Of a stretch of DNA of 64,000 nt, positions 37,284 through 45,834 are shown one piece after another (position 1 is the stretch's first letter; each line of letters starts with the position of its first letter). Made by a program: the position numbers and the translations under genes. The stretch comes from Candidatus Paracaedibacteraceae bacterium. GTDB taxonomy: Bacteria > Pseudomonadota > Alphaproteobacteria > Paracaedibacterales > CAIOTO01. The stretch covers positions 303,757 through 367,756 of the forward strand of contig JAUYTZ010000018.1 in assembly GCA_030694965.1 (NCBI GenBank), written 5' to 3'. The notes beneath the pieces were generated by a model. The model made no database searches and was not told the DNA's origin. It saw only the letters and a program-made list of their open reading frames with translations.

Positions 37284-37303
37284 TAAATGGACTAAAAAAA
37301 GAA

Positions 37304-38524
37304 TTAAACAGTTTGAAAAAGCATTAGTGGATTTTCAATTAGCTCTTTAAAAACGTTTAAGAATTTAGAGCCAACAGCACCATCAATAGCCCGGTGATCA
37401 ACAGACAATGTGCATGACATCATTGTTGCGATGGCTAATTGATCGTTTTTTACAACAGCGCGTTTTTCGCCTGCACCAACGGCCATGATGCTAGCTTGTG
37501 GTGGGTTAATAATAGCTCCAAAATGCTTAATACCAAACATACCTAGATTGGAAAGTGTAAATCCACCGCCTTGGTATTCTTCAGGTTTTAATTTGCCTGC
37601 ACGTGCACGTTCAGCAAGACTTTTCATTTCTGTAGACAATGTAGCAGCCTGTTTTTGTTCAGCTGAACGAATAACGGGGGTAACAAGTCCTCCATCAATA
37701 GCAACCGCAACCGCAATATCAACGGTGCTGTATTGACGAACGAATGTGTCATGGAATGTTGCGTTTGCTTCCGGCACTTCATGTAATGCAAGGGCGCATG
37801 CACGAATAATAAAGTCATTCACAGATAGTTTTTGTGTCGCCTTTGGCAGGGCATTCATTTCTGCACGTAGTGCAAGTAACTTATCAATGTCACAATCAAT
37901 TGTTAAATAAAAGTGTGGAATTGTTTGTTTTGATTCAGTAAGCCGTTTTGCAATTGTCTTGCGCATGTTGTTCATTGGAAGGTCAACATAAGCTGCCGCA
38001 GGATACTTTGTTCCACAAGTTTTTGTTGCTGGGGTGAAATTTTCAATGTCAGCTTTTACTATGCGTCCACGTGGACCAGATCCATCAACATCATGTAAAT
38101 CAATGCCTTGTTGCGTCGCAATACGGCGAGCAAGAGGCGTTGCGTATACTCTTTCATCACTATTGCGTGACGAAGATGTGCTAGCTAGTGTAGCAGGTGT
38201 TGTTGGTGCAGATTCAGCTGCAGCCGTTGATATTTTAATGGCTTCAGGTGCTTTAAATGAATCAAGTGTAGCTTTGTCTTCACCAGTTTCTAAGATCAAA
38301 CCGATAAGGGCATTTACTTTAACATTTTCAGTTCCTTCAGGAATGATGATGCGTCCAAGTGTGCCTTCGTCAACCGCTTCAATTTCCATTGTTGCTTTAT
38401 CCGTTTCGATTTCGGCAAGCAATTGGCCTGCTTTTATCGTATCACCTTCGGCTTTATGCCATTTGACGAGGTTGCCCTCTGTCATTGTTGGACTGAGAGC
38501 TGGCATTAGAATTTGAATGGGCAT
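37304..38524 (-). CDS. pdhC: pyruvate dehydrogenase E2, dihydrolipoamide acetyltransferase
   Basis: Lipoyl domain ([12 protein letters not shown]), peripheral-subunit-binding domain (ATPLARRIA), catalytic DHRAIDG. Confidence 0.95.
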   Translation of the reverse strand: MPIQILMPALSPTMTEGNLVKWHKAEGDTIKAGQLLAEIETDKATMEIEAVDEGTLGRIIIPEGTENVKVNALIGLILETGEDKATLDSFKAPEAIKISTAAAESAPTTPATLASTSSSRNSDERVYATPLARRIATQQGIDLHDVDGSGPRGRIVKADIENFTPATKTCGTKYPAAAYVDLPMNNMRKTIAKRLTESKQTIPHFYLTIDCDIDKLLALRAEMNALPKATQKLSVNDFIIRACALALHEVPEANATFHDTFVRQYSTVDIAVAVAIDGGLVTPVIRSAEQKQAATLSTEMKSLAERARAGKLKPEEYQGGGFTLSNLGMFGIKHFGAIINPPQASIMAVGAGEKRAVVKNDQLAIATMMSCTLSVDHRAIDGAVGSKFLNVFKELIENPLMLFQTV

Positions 38525-38538
38525 GACGTGTACCTTAC

Positions 38539-39525
38539 TTATTTATAACAAACGGTTTTTACAGCGGACACAATCTTGTCTGCATTTGGAAGTGCGAGTT
38601 TTTCGAGATTCACTGCATAGGGCAGGGGAACATCTTCTGCTGTCACACGAATAGGTGGCGCGTCTAATTCATCAAACGCTTGATCGCAAATTTGTGCACA
38701 AATTTCAGCGCCAATACCTGCAAATGGCCATCCTTCTTCAACGGTTACAAGGCGATTTGTCTTCTTTACAGAACTAATGATCGTGTCAATGTCAAGTGGG
38801 CGAATTGTGCGAAGATCTATGACTTCTGCATCAATTCCCATACCGGCCAAAATATCGGCTGCTTGTAGGGCAAAATCAACAGCGATTGAAAATGCTGTGA
38901 TTGTAACATCCTTACCTTGGCGAACAATAGCTGCTTTTCCAATAGGAACAGTAAAGTTTTCATCTGTTGGGACTTCAAAACTGCGTCCATAAAGGAGTTC
39001 ATTTTCAAGAAAAATGACAGGATTTGGATCGCGAATAGCTGATTTAAGCAAGCCTTTTGCATCTGCAGCTGAATATGGGGATACAACTTTAAGGCCTGGG
39101 CAATGTGCGTACCAACTTGCAAAACATTGGGAGTGCTGTGCGCCAACACGTGCTGCAGCACCGTTTGGACCACGGAACACAATTGGACATCCCATTTGCC
39201 CGCCAGACATATATAATGTTTTAGCTGCAGAGTTAATAATTTGGTCAATAGCTTGCATCGAGAAGTTGAATGTCATGAATTCAACAATTGGGCGAAGTCC
39301 TAAGAACGCTGCACCAACGCCAAGTCCAGCAAAGCCATGTTCGGTAATAGGTGTGTCAACAACGCGTTTTGCACCAAATTCTTGCAGAAGACCTTGGGTT
39401 ACTTTATAAGCACCTTGGTATTCAGCAACTTCTTCACCCATTACAAAGACGGATGGGTTGTTTCGCATTTCTTCAGCCATTGCATCACGCAAGGCTTCGC
39501 GTACAGTTTGTGTTTTTGTTGTCAT
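38539..39525 (-). CDS. pdhB: pyruvate dehydrogenase E1 beta subunit
   Basis: Full-length E1-beta homology ([13 protein letters not shown]...). The ATG at 39525 has a GGAG 10 nt upstream. The alternative ATG at 39543 abuts the pdhA stop. Confidence 0.93.
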   Translation of the reverse strand: MTTKTQTVREALRDAMAEEMRNNPSVFVMGEEVAEYQGAYKVTQGLLQEFGAKRVVDTPITEHGFAGLGVGAAFLGLRPIVEFMTFNFSMQAIDQIINSAAKTLYMSGGQMGCPIVFRGPNGAAARVGAQHSQCFASWYAHCPGLKVVSPYSAADAKGLLKSAIRDPNPVIFLENELLYGRSFEVPTDENFTVPIGKAAIVRQGKDVTITAFSIAVDFALQAADILAGMGIDAEVIDLRTIRPLDIDTIISSVKKTNRLVTVEEGWPFAGIGAEICAQICDQAFDELDAPPIRVTAEDVPLPYAVNLEKLALPNADKIVSAVKTVCYK

Positions 39526-39543
39526 AAAGGGGGGAAGCTCCAT

Positions 39544-40572
39544 TTAATCAATCAGAACGTCGGTGTAAAGTTCCGACGCATCAGGTTCAGGGGATGTTTG
39601 GGCAAATTCAGCAGAATCGTTTACGATTTCTTTGATCTTAAGTTCAATTGCTTTTAATTCATCATCAGTCATCAATTTATGCTTTTCCATGTGACTTTTG
39701 AGTGTTTCAATTGGGTCACGATTGCTGCGCATATCTTCAACTTCTTCTTTTGTACGATACTTTGCTGGATCTGACATAGAATGTCCACGGTAACGATATG
39801 TTTTGACATGCAATAAAACAGGGCCTTTGCCACTGCGTGCATGATCAAGTGCCCATTCACTGGCTTCGCGTACTTTAAACACATCCATGCCGTCAACAGT
39901 TAAACCTGGAATACCATAGGCAACGCCACGTTGTGAAAAATCTGAAAGAGCAGCTGAACGCCCAACGGATGTCCCCATCGCATACTCATTATCTTCGATT
40001 ACAAAAATAATAGGAAGTTTCCAAAGTGCCGCCATGTTGAAAGATTCATAAACTTGTCCTTGGTTTGATGCGCCGTCGCCCATATAAGCCATGCAGACGC
40101 CTTGGTCTTCATTGTATTTATGCGCAAAGGCCATGCCTGTACCAAGTGAGATTTGTGCACCCACAATGCCATGTCCGCCAAAAAAGTTTTTTTCACGGCT
40201 AAACATGTGCATAGAACCACCTTTACCTTTTGAGTAGCCAGTGGCACGTCCTGTAAGTTCGGCCATTACGCCGCGTGCTTCCATATCGCATGCAAGCATA
40301 TGTCCATGATCACGGTAACTGGTAATAACAGTGTCTTGTTTTTGCATGGCAGACTGAAGGCCCACCACGACGGCTTCTTGTCCAATGTAAAGGTGGCAGA
40401 AGCCACCAATAAGGCCCATGCCGTAGAGCTGACCGGCTTTTTCTTCAAAGCGCCTAATAAGAAGCATTTGAAAAAATGCTTTATGAAGACCTTCACGTGT
40501 GAAGTGCCCAAGAGTTGGAGACGGTGCTGTTTGCTGTGTCGGTTTTGCGTTTACTGACGGTTGTTTACTCAT
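39544..40572 (-). CDS. pdhA: pyruvate dehydrogenase E1 alpha subunit
   Basis: TPP-binding GDGASNQG...NNxYA-type block (VIEDNEYAMGT) and phosphorylation-loop-like YRYRGHSMSDP. Confidence 0.95.
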   Translation of the reverse strand: MSKQPSVNAKPTQQTAPSPTLGHFTREGLHKAFFQMLLIRRFEEKAGQLYGMGLIGGFCHLYIGQEAVVVGLQSAMQKQDTVITSYRDHGHMLACDMEARGVMAELTGRATGYSKGKGGSMHMFSREKNFFGGHGIVGAQISLGTGMAFAHKYNEDQGVCMAYMGDGASNQGQVYESFNMAALWKLPIIFVIEDNEYAMGTSVGRSAALSDFSQRGVAYGIPGLTVDGMDVFKVREASEWALDHARSGKGPVLLHVKTYRYRGHSMSDPAKYRTKEEVEDMRSNRDPIETLKSHMEKHKLMTDDELKAIELKIKEIVNDSAEFAQTSPEPDASELYTDVLID

Positions 40573-40765
40573 ATATCGTTTGTCTTTTTTATCTGACTAA
40601 AATAACTGTGGCATCATAACACAAAAAGGTCATCGATAAAAAGAACTGCGTGTCATATTGAGGAAAAACATACCACAAAAACGTAAATTTGGTATTCTTA
40701 TGTAGCCAGTAAGTCCTGAACTGAGCATACTCTTGACTACCAATATTTTTTTTAAATTTAAAATA

Positions 40766-41920
40766 TTATCCTGCCATTTGTTGTGGCATCATATTTGGGG
40801 CCATTGGCATCCCAGGGCCATGCATCATTACTGAGCTTGGCATTCCACCACCATTTGTCATCATTTCTGGGTCAGGTATTTCATCACCATTTGTTATCAT
40901 TGCTTGGCCTGGCATTCCACCACCATTTGTTATCATTGCTTGGCCTGGCATTCCACCACTATTTGCCATCATTGCTTGGCCTGGCATTCCACCACCATTT
41001 GTTATCATTGCTTGGCCTGGCATTCCACCACCATTTGCCATCATTGCTTGGCCTGGCATTCCACCACTTGTCATTGATTGCATAGCTGTTACTTTTTCTT
41101 GCATTTTATCATTTACAATCCCTCCGTTTGCAATAGTGCTTTCGGCTTGAAATAACATTGTCGCAACTTTAAGATCAATGGTTGCTATTTTACCGCACAT
41201 TCCCGCAACGGCTGTTCCTACATATGGCATTGACATTGCTGCGCTCATAACAGGTGTGCCACATGTTTTGTTTATCGCTTCAAGACCTTTGTATGCTGCA
41301 TTTCCTCTGAATTTTTCGATTGTATCTGTAAACTTTTCAAGATTCTTTGCAAGTTCTGCGTGTATTTTTATGATTGCCTGAGGATCACTGTTTGGCTTCA
41401 TCATTATTTTTCTGGCTTTCATAATTGTTTTAGTGGTTTTTAGCGTTGTTTTTGCAAATGCTTCCATGATTTTTGGCATTTGTGTCATTGCTTTCATAAG
41501 TGTTGAAAGAGGGTTTTTTTTCCGGCCTAAGGCTCCGCCTACTTTTTTAAGTGCACCACCAATTTTACCACCTACACCCTTTTTCTTTTTTTTCTTCTTT
41601 TTTACAGGTTCTGCTCCTTTTGCTGCGCCTGCTGGTTTTTCTTCGCCTGCTTCTTCCTCTCCCGCTTCTTCGCCACCGGTATCTTTGTCGACTTCATTTG
41701 CTGCAGCAGCAGCAGGAGTTGGACTTCCTGACTTCGCCGGAGGGGCTCCTGCAGGCAGAGCTTGCGCTTTTCTTTTCTTCGAATCTGCAGTAGGAGCTGG
41801 GATTCCTGTCTTCGCTGAAGGTGCCCCTACAGGTGGTTTTTTTGCTTTTTTTTTCCCGCAATAACATTCTGTAGAGAAGATACTGAAACAAAATGCAAAC
41901 ATTAATATGAATTTTTTCAT
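40766..41920 (-). CDS. secreted repeat protein (Lys/Pro/Ala-rich N-terminus, helical core, GGGMPGQAM(I/M)(T/A)N repeats)
   Basis: Signal peptide MKKFILMFAFCFSIFS. EEAGEEEAGEE, a KKKKKKKK tract, and five near-perfect plus two degenerate 12-aa C-terminal repeats. No family recognised. Confidence 0.6.
   Translation of the reverse strand: MKKFILMFAFCFSIFSTECYCGKKKAKKPPVGAPSAKTGIPAPTADSKKRKAQALPAGAPPAKSGSPTPAAAAANEVDKDTGGEEAGEEEAGEEKPAGAAKGAEPVKKKKKKKKGVGGKIGGALKKVGGALGRKKNPLSTLMKAMTQMPKIMEAFAKTTLKTTKTIMKARKIMMKPNSDPQAIIKIHAELAKNLEKFTDTIEKFRGNAAYKGLEAINKTCGTPVMSAAMSMPYVGTAVAGMCGKIATIDLKVATMLFQAESTIANGGIVNDKMQEKVTAMQSMTSGGMPGQAMMANGGGMPGQAMITNGGGMPGQAMMANSGGMPGQAMITNGGGMPGQAMITNGDEIPDPEMMTNGGGMPSSVMMHGPGMPMAPNMMPQQMAG
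40830..41075 (-). repeat. 36-bp in-frame tandem repeat array inside the 40766..41920 CDS
   Basis: The ggcattccac landmark recurs at 40911, 40947, 40983, 41019 and 41055 (period 36), with degenerate copies at 40839 and 40875. Confidence 0.85.
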
Positions 41921-42049
41921 AATTTTTTTATAAATTTAATTGATATAACTAAATTATAACGATAAATTAGTTAACAACTAGCTAACTAAATGATTGTGGT
42001 TATTTGTAAAAAAAGTTGTGTTTCAAAAGCTTTGGGCGCAATTCATTTA

Positions 42050-43381
42050 TTAATATTTATTTCTTAATTTTTCCCAATAATTCAGTCGACTCAAAATTTC
42101 TTTTTCGACACCGCGACCCTTTGGTCGATAAAACTTAGTTTGTTGTATTTTTTCAGGAAAGTAGTTTTGCCCTGAAAATCCTTCTTCTGTGTTGTGGTCG
42201 TAGATGTATTCTTTTCCATAATCTAATTGTTTCATTAAAGTCGTTGGTGCATTTAAAATATGTTTAGGCGGTGGTAATGATCCAGATCTTTTCGCAGCTT
42301 GCATTGCTTCATTTTGAGCAACATAAACGGCGTTTGATTTTAGAGTTGTTGCAAGATAAACAATGCATTGTGCCAAAGCAAGTTCACCTTCTGGGGATCC
42401 AAGAAATATGTAAGCGTCTTTTGCTGCAAGTGCTTGAACCAAAGCTTGAGGATCTGCTAGGCCAATATCTTCTGTTGCGGTCCTAACAAGTCGTCTTGCA
42501 ATAAATAAAGGGTCTTCGCCGCCGTCAATCATTCGGTAAAACCAATAAAGTGCAGCATCTGGATCAGAGCCACGAATTGATTTATGTAAAGCGCTGATCA
42601 GATTATAATGTCCCTCTTGCGCTTTGTCGTAGGCTGGCATGCGTCGTTGAACGGCGTCAATCAGATCTTTAGGTGTTAATAATTCTGTCGAAGGGTATAA
42701 AAATAGTGATTCAGCAAAGTTAAGAAGTGCTCTTCCATCTCCATCAGCTAAGTTGATGAGTGCTAGACGCGCTTCTTTGTTAAGAGGAAGTGTCTTCTTT
42801 TCGTGCGCTTCAGCTTTTGCTAATAAAAACTCTAGATGGGTTTCAGTTAGACGCTTAAGAACGAGTACCTGGCATCTGGATAAAAGCGCTGCATTTAGTT
42901 CAAAGGATGGATTTGCTGTTGTTGCTCCAACCAATGTGATGAGTCCATCTTCGATGGGAGCTAAAAAGACATCTTGTTGAGAGCGATTAAATCGGTGAAT
43001 TTCATCAACAAAAAGGAGTGTTTTTTTTCCAATAGCTTTTTTTTCTTTTGCCGTATCAAAAGCTTTTCTTAAGTCAACGATTCCAGAAGTGACCGCAGAA
43101 ATAGAATCAAACGCATATTCAATTTCTTGGGCAAGTAATCGTGACAAGGTTGTCTTTCCGCATCCTGGTGGGCCCCAGAGAATAATAGATGGCAGCTTTT
43201 TTGCTGATAAATAACGAAAAAAAGTGGTTCCTTCGCTTAAAATATGTTCCTGACCGACAACACCATTTAAGCTTTTAGGGCGCATTTTATCAGCTAAGGG
43301 GCGTAGCTTTTCTGTGTTTGCTTCAAATAAACTTTTGGTTAAAATGATGGAGCTCCTTTTTACCAGTTTATAAAAACACAT
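42050..43381 (-). CDS. rarA: replication-associated recombination protein A (AAA+ ATPase)
   Basis: Walker A GPPGCGKTT, Walker B LFVDEIHRFN, and MgsA C-terminal helical domain (HYNLISALHKSIRGSD). Confidence 0.9.
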   Translation of the reverse strand: MCFYKLVKRSSIILTKSLFEANTEKLRPLADKMRPKSLNGVVGQEHILSEGTTFFRYLSAKKLPSIILWGPPGCGKTTLSRLLAQEIEYAFDSISAVTSGIVDLRKAFDTAKEKKAIGKKTLLFVDEIHRFNRSQQDVFLAPIEDGLITLVGATTANPSFELNAALLSRCQVLVLKRLTETHLEFLLAKAEAHEKKTLPLNKEARLALINLADGDGRALLNFAESLFLYPSTELLTPKDLIDAVQRRMPAYDKAQEGHYNLISALHKSIRGSDPDAALYWFYRMIDGGEDPLFIARRLVRTATEDIGLADPQALVQALAAKDAYIFLGSPEGELALAQCIVYLATTLKSNAVYVAQNEAMQAAKRSGSLPPPKHILNAPTTLMKQLDYGKEYIYDHNTEEGFSGQNYFPEKIQQTKFYRPKGRGVEKEILSRLNYWEKLRNKY

Positions 43382-43613
43382 GTTAATTCAAAATAAAAGT
43401 TAAAAAGTATTTTTGGGCCTACGATTCAGCGCTATTTTATTTGAATAATTTGTATAATTTCTTCTTAAATAATCTTCTCTGTACCAATATTGAAAAAACA
43501 TGATACATTGAATGCAAGATTGTACAGATCTCCCATTGTAAGATTTTTATTCACGATGGGGATAATCAAAAACTTAGAAAATAATTTTATAAATACAAAG
43601 GAACATCTTATTT

Positions 43614-44744
43614 ATGTCTTTCATCATTAAAACTGGGCTTCGCATGCTCTTAATGATTGCGGTGATTTGTGTTTCATCTGCTACGGTGCATAAGCAACTA
43701 TCTCATATTTTTAGCCAGAATTATCAACTTAATAGTATTATTTTGGGCTTTTTTATTTTTGGCATTCTTTGGTGCTTTCATTTAATGTTTGGTTTATGGC
43801 AAGAACAAAAATGGTTAAATCGATTGGATTTAGGGCGCGAGCGTTTTCCGGGTACACCTAAAGTTAAAGTTTTAGCACCAATTGCAATTTTAATGAATGA
43901 AGAGCGTACTTTAACAAGTCTTTCACCTATCGCTGCGAAGTCGATTCTTTCAAGTGTAGAATCTCGTCTTGATGAATCACGTGATATTTCTAGATATATT
44001 ATAGGGCTTTTGGTCTTTCTAGGCCTTCTTGGAACTTTTTGGGGTTTATCCGAAACAGTTGGCAGTATAGCAGGTGTTATTGGTGGAATTGATATTCAAG
44101 GTGAAAATTCTTTTCAAACAATGAAGCAGGGCCTTATGGGGCCTTTGGGTGGTATGGGAACGGCATTTAGTTGCTCTATGTTTGGTTTGGCAGGGTCATT
44201 AGTTGTTGGTTTTTTGGATTTACAAGTAGGGCGTTCCTTTTCAACTTTTTACCAGCAATTAGAAGATAGGCTGGCATGTAGTACACGTTATTCAACTGAC
44301 ATAGGTGATGTGTTAGGTTCTTCTGGACCTGCATTCAGCCAAGGGCTTCTTGAGCAAACGATTGAAGGTTTGTCATCTATGTATCAACAAATGAAAAGAA
44401 CGGAAGACACGCGCTTAACAATGGCAAAGTCTGTACAGATATTTAGTGAAAAGTTAAGTGAGATGAGCGAGCATATGATTGTGCATCAAAGTTTTTCACA
44501 ACGCTTGGCGCAAAATCAAATAGAATTGCAAGAGCTTTTAATAAATTACACAAAAGACGGTGCTCAAGGTCGTAACGATGAAATTGTGAAAACTCATCTT
44601 CGCAGTCTTGATGCAACTTTAGCAAAAATGCTTGAAGAGCTTGTCGACGGCCGCGCGCACACTACGCAAGAAATTCGCAATGAAATTCGGATTGTTTCAA
44701 AAACACTTTCTGCAATTGCAAATAACGGGCACGAGCCAGGGTGA
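43614..44744 (+). CDS. MotA/TolQ/ExbB proton-channel family protein with C-terminal coiled-coil tail
   Basis: FLGLLGTFWGL and MGTAFSCSMFGLAGSLVVGF match the two conserved TM blocks of the family. About 130 C-terminal residues are heptad-like and charged. Confidence 0.7.
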   Translation: MSFIIKTGLRMLLMIAVICVSSATVHKQLSHIFSQNYQLNSIILGFFIFGILWCFHLMFGLWQEQKWLNRLDLGRERFPGTPKVKVLAPIAILMNEERTLTSLSPIAAKSILSSVESRLDESRDISRYIIGLLVFLGLLGTFWGLSETVGSIAGVIGGIDIQGENSFQTMKQGLMGPLGGMGTAFSCSMFGLAGSLVVGFLDLQVGRSFSTFYQQLEDRLACSTRYSTDIGDVLGSSGPAFSQGLLEQTIEGLSSMYQQMKRTEDTRLTMAKSVQIFSEKLSEMSEHMIVHQSFSQRLAQNQIELQELLINYTKDGAQGRNDEIVKTHLRSLDATLAKMLEELVDGRAHTTQEIRNEIRIVSKTLSAIANNGHEPG

Positions 44745-44951
44745 TGATATTTTTTTTGAGGCCATGTCTTGAAATGCCACCTCTTTCTTTAAATATATGT
44801 TTTTTTATTTGCAATAATAAACATATGGTTATAAATTTATATTATCGTATTTTTACTTAATTTTCACAAGCATCTTAATTTTATTTCTATTATATTCGAA
44901 AATAAAATAATTGAGTGTATGTGACAGCATTTTTTTAATAGGACTTTAAAT

Positions 44952-45755
44952 ATGCATAAATTAATGGCTGGTAAACGTGGTGTTATCATGGGCCTCGCTA
45001 ACGAGTATTCATTATCGTATGGAATAACAAAAGCACTGATTGAGCAAGGAGCAGAGCTTGCTTTTACGTATCAATCCGATGTTATGGCTAAGCGCGTAAA
45101 GCCAATTGCGGAACGTTTTGGCTCTAATTTTTTGATTGAATGTGATGTGTCAAAAGAAGGACACATAAAAAAGACTTTTGATGAAATTAAAGAAAAGTGG
45201 GGTGCAATTGACTTTGTCGTGCATTCTTTGGCGTTTTCAGATAAAGAAGAACTAAAAGGCCAATACCTTAGCACATCACGTACTAATTTTTTGAATTCCC
45301 TTGATATTTCCTGTTATTCATTTACAGAAGTATGCCGTGAAGCTTCTGCTATTATGAACGATGGTGGATCATTTTTAACTCTAAGCTATTATGGTGCTGA
45401 AAAAGTAATGCCTCACTATAATGTGATGGGTGTTGCTAAGGCGGCTTTGGAAGCTAGTGTTCGCTATCTTGCTATGGACTTAGGTGGTCGCAATATTCGT
45501 GTAAACGCAATTTCTGCTGGACCAGTAAAAACATTGGCTGCTTCAGGAATTGGTGATTTTCATCACATCTTGAAATGGAACCAATATAATGCACCACTGA
45601 AACGTAATACGTCACAAGATGACTTAGGTGGCGCTGGTCTTTATATGCTTAGTCATTTGTCATCTGGTGTTACAGGCGAAGTTCATCACGTAGATTCAGG
45701 GTATCATGTTGTTGGCATGAAGGCTGCAGATGCACCTGATATTAGTACTGTTTAA
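44952..45755 (+). CDS. fabI: enoyl-ACP reductase
   Basis: GKRGVIMGLANEYSLSYGI, and the Tyr/Lys catalytic region YNVMGVAKAALE. Confidence 0.93.
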   Translation: MHKLMAGKRGVIMGLANEYSLSYGITKALIEQGAELAFTYQSDVMAKRVKPIAERFGSNFLIECDVSKEGHIKKTFDEIKEKWGAIDFVVHSLAFSDKEELKGQYLSTSRTNFLNSLDISCYSFTEVCREASAIMNDGGSFLTLSYYGAEKVMPHYNVMGVAKAALEASVRYLAMDLGGRNIRVNAISAGPVKTLAASGIGDFHHILKWNQYNAPLKRNTSQDDLGGAGLYMLSHLSSGVTGEVHHVDSGYHVVGMKAADAPDISTV

Positions 45756-45834
45756 AATTCTAAAATTTAATTTTAGTACCTCTATGATTTATTAGGTTCT
45801 CCTGGTACACTTGTTCTTAATCATTTGATGGAGA

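Noticed and set aside
40783-41085. 100-codon His/Leu-rich plus-strand ORF
   Set aside because: It is the antisense reading of the 36-bp tandem repeats of the 40766-41920 gene.
43614-44744. MotA-like protein with a coiled-coil tail considered as a Zorya (ZorA) anti-phage component
   Set aside because: There is no ZorB-like MotB/OmpA partner and no ZorC/D/E-type genes nearby. The protein (376 aa) is much shorter than ZorA, and its neighbours are housekeeping genes.
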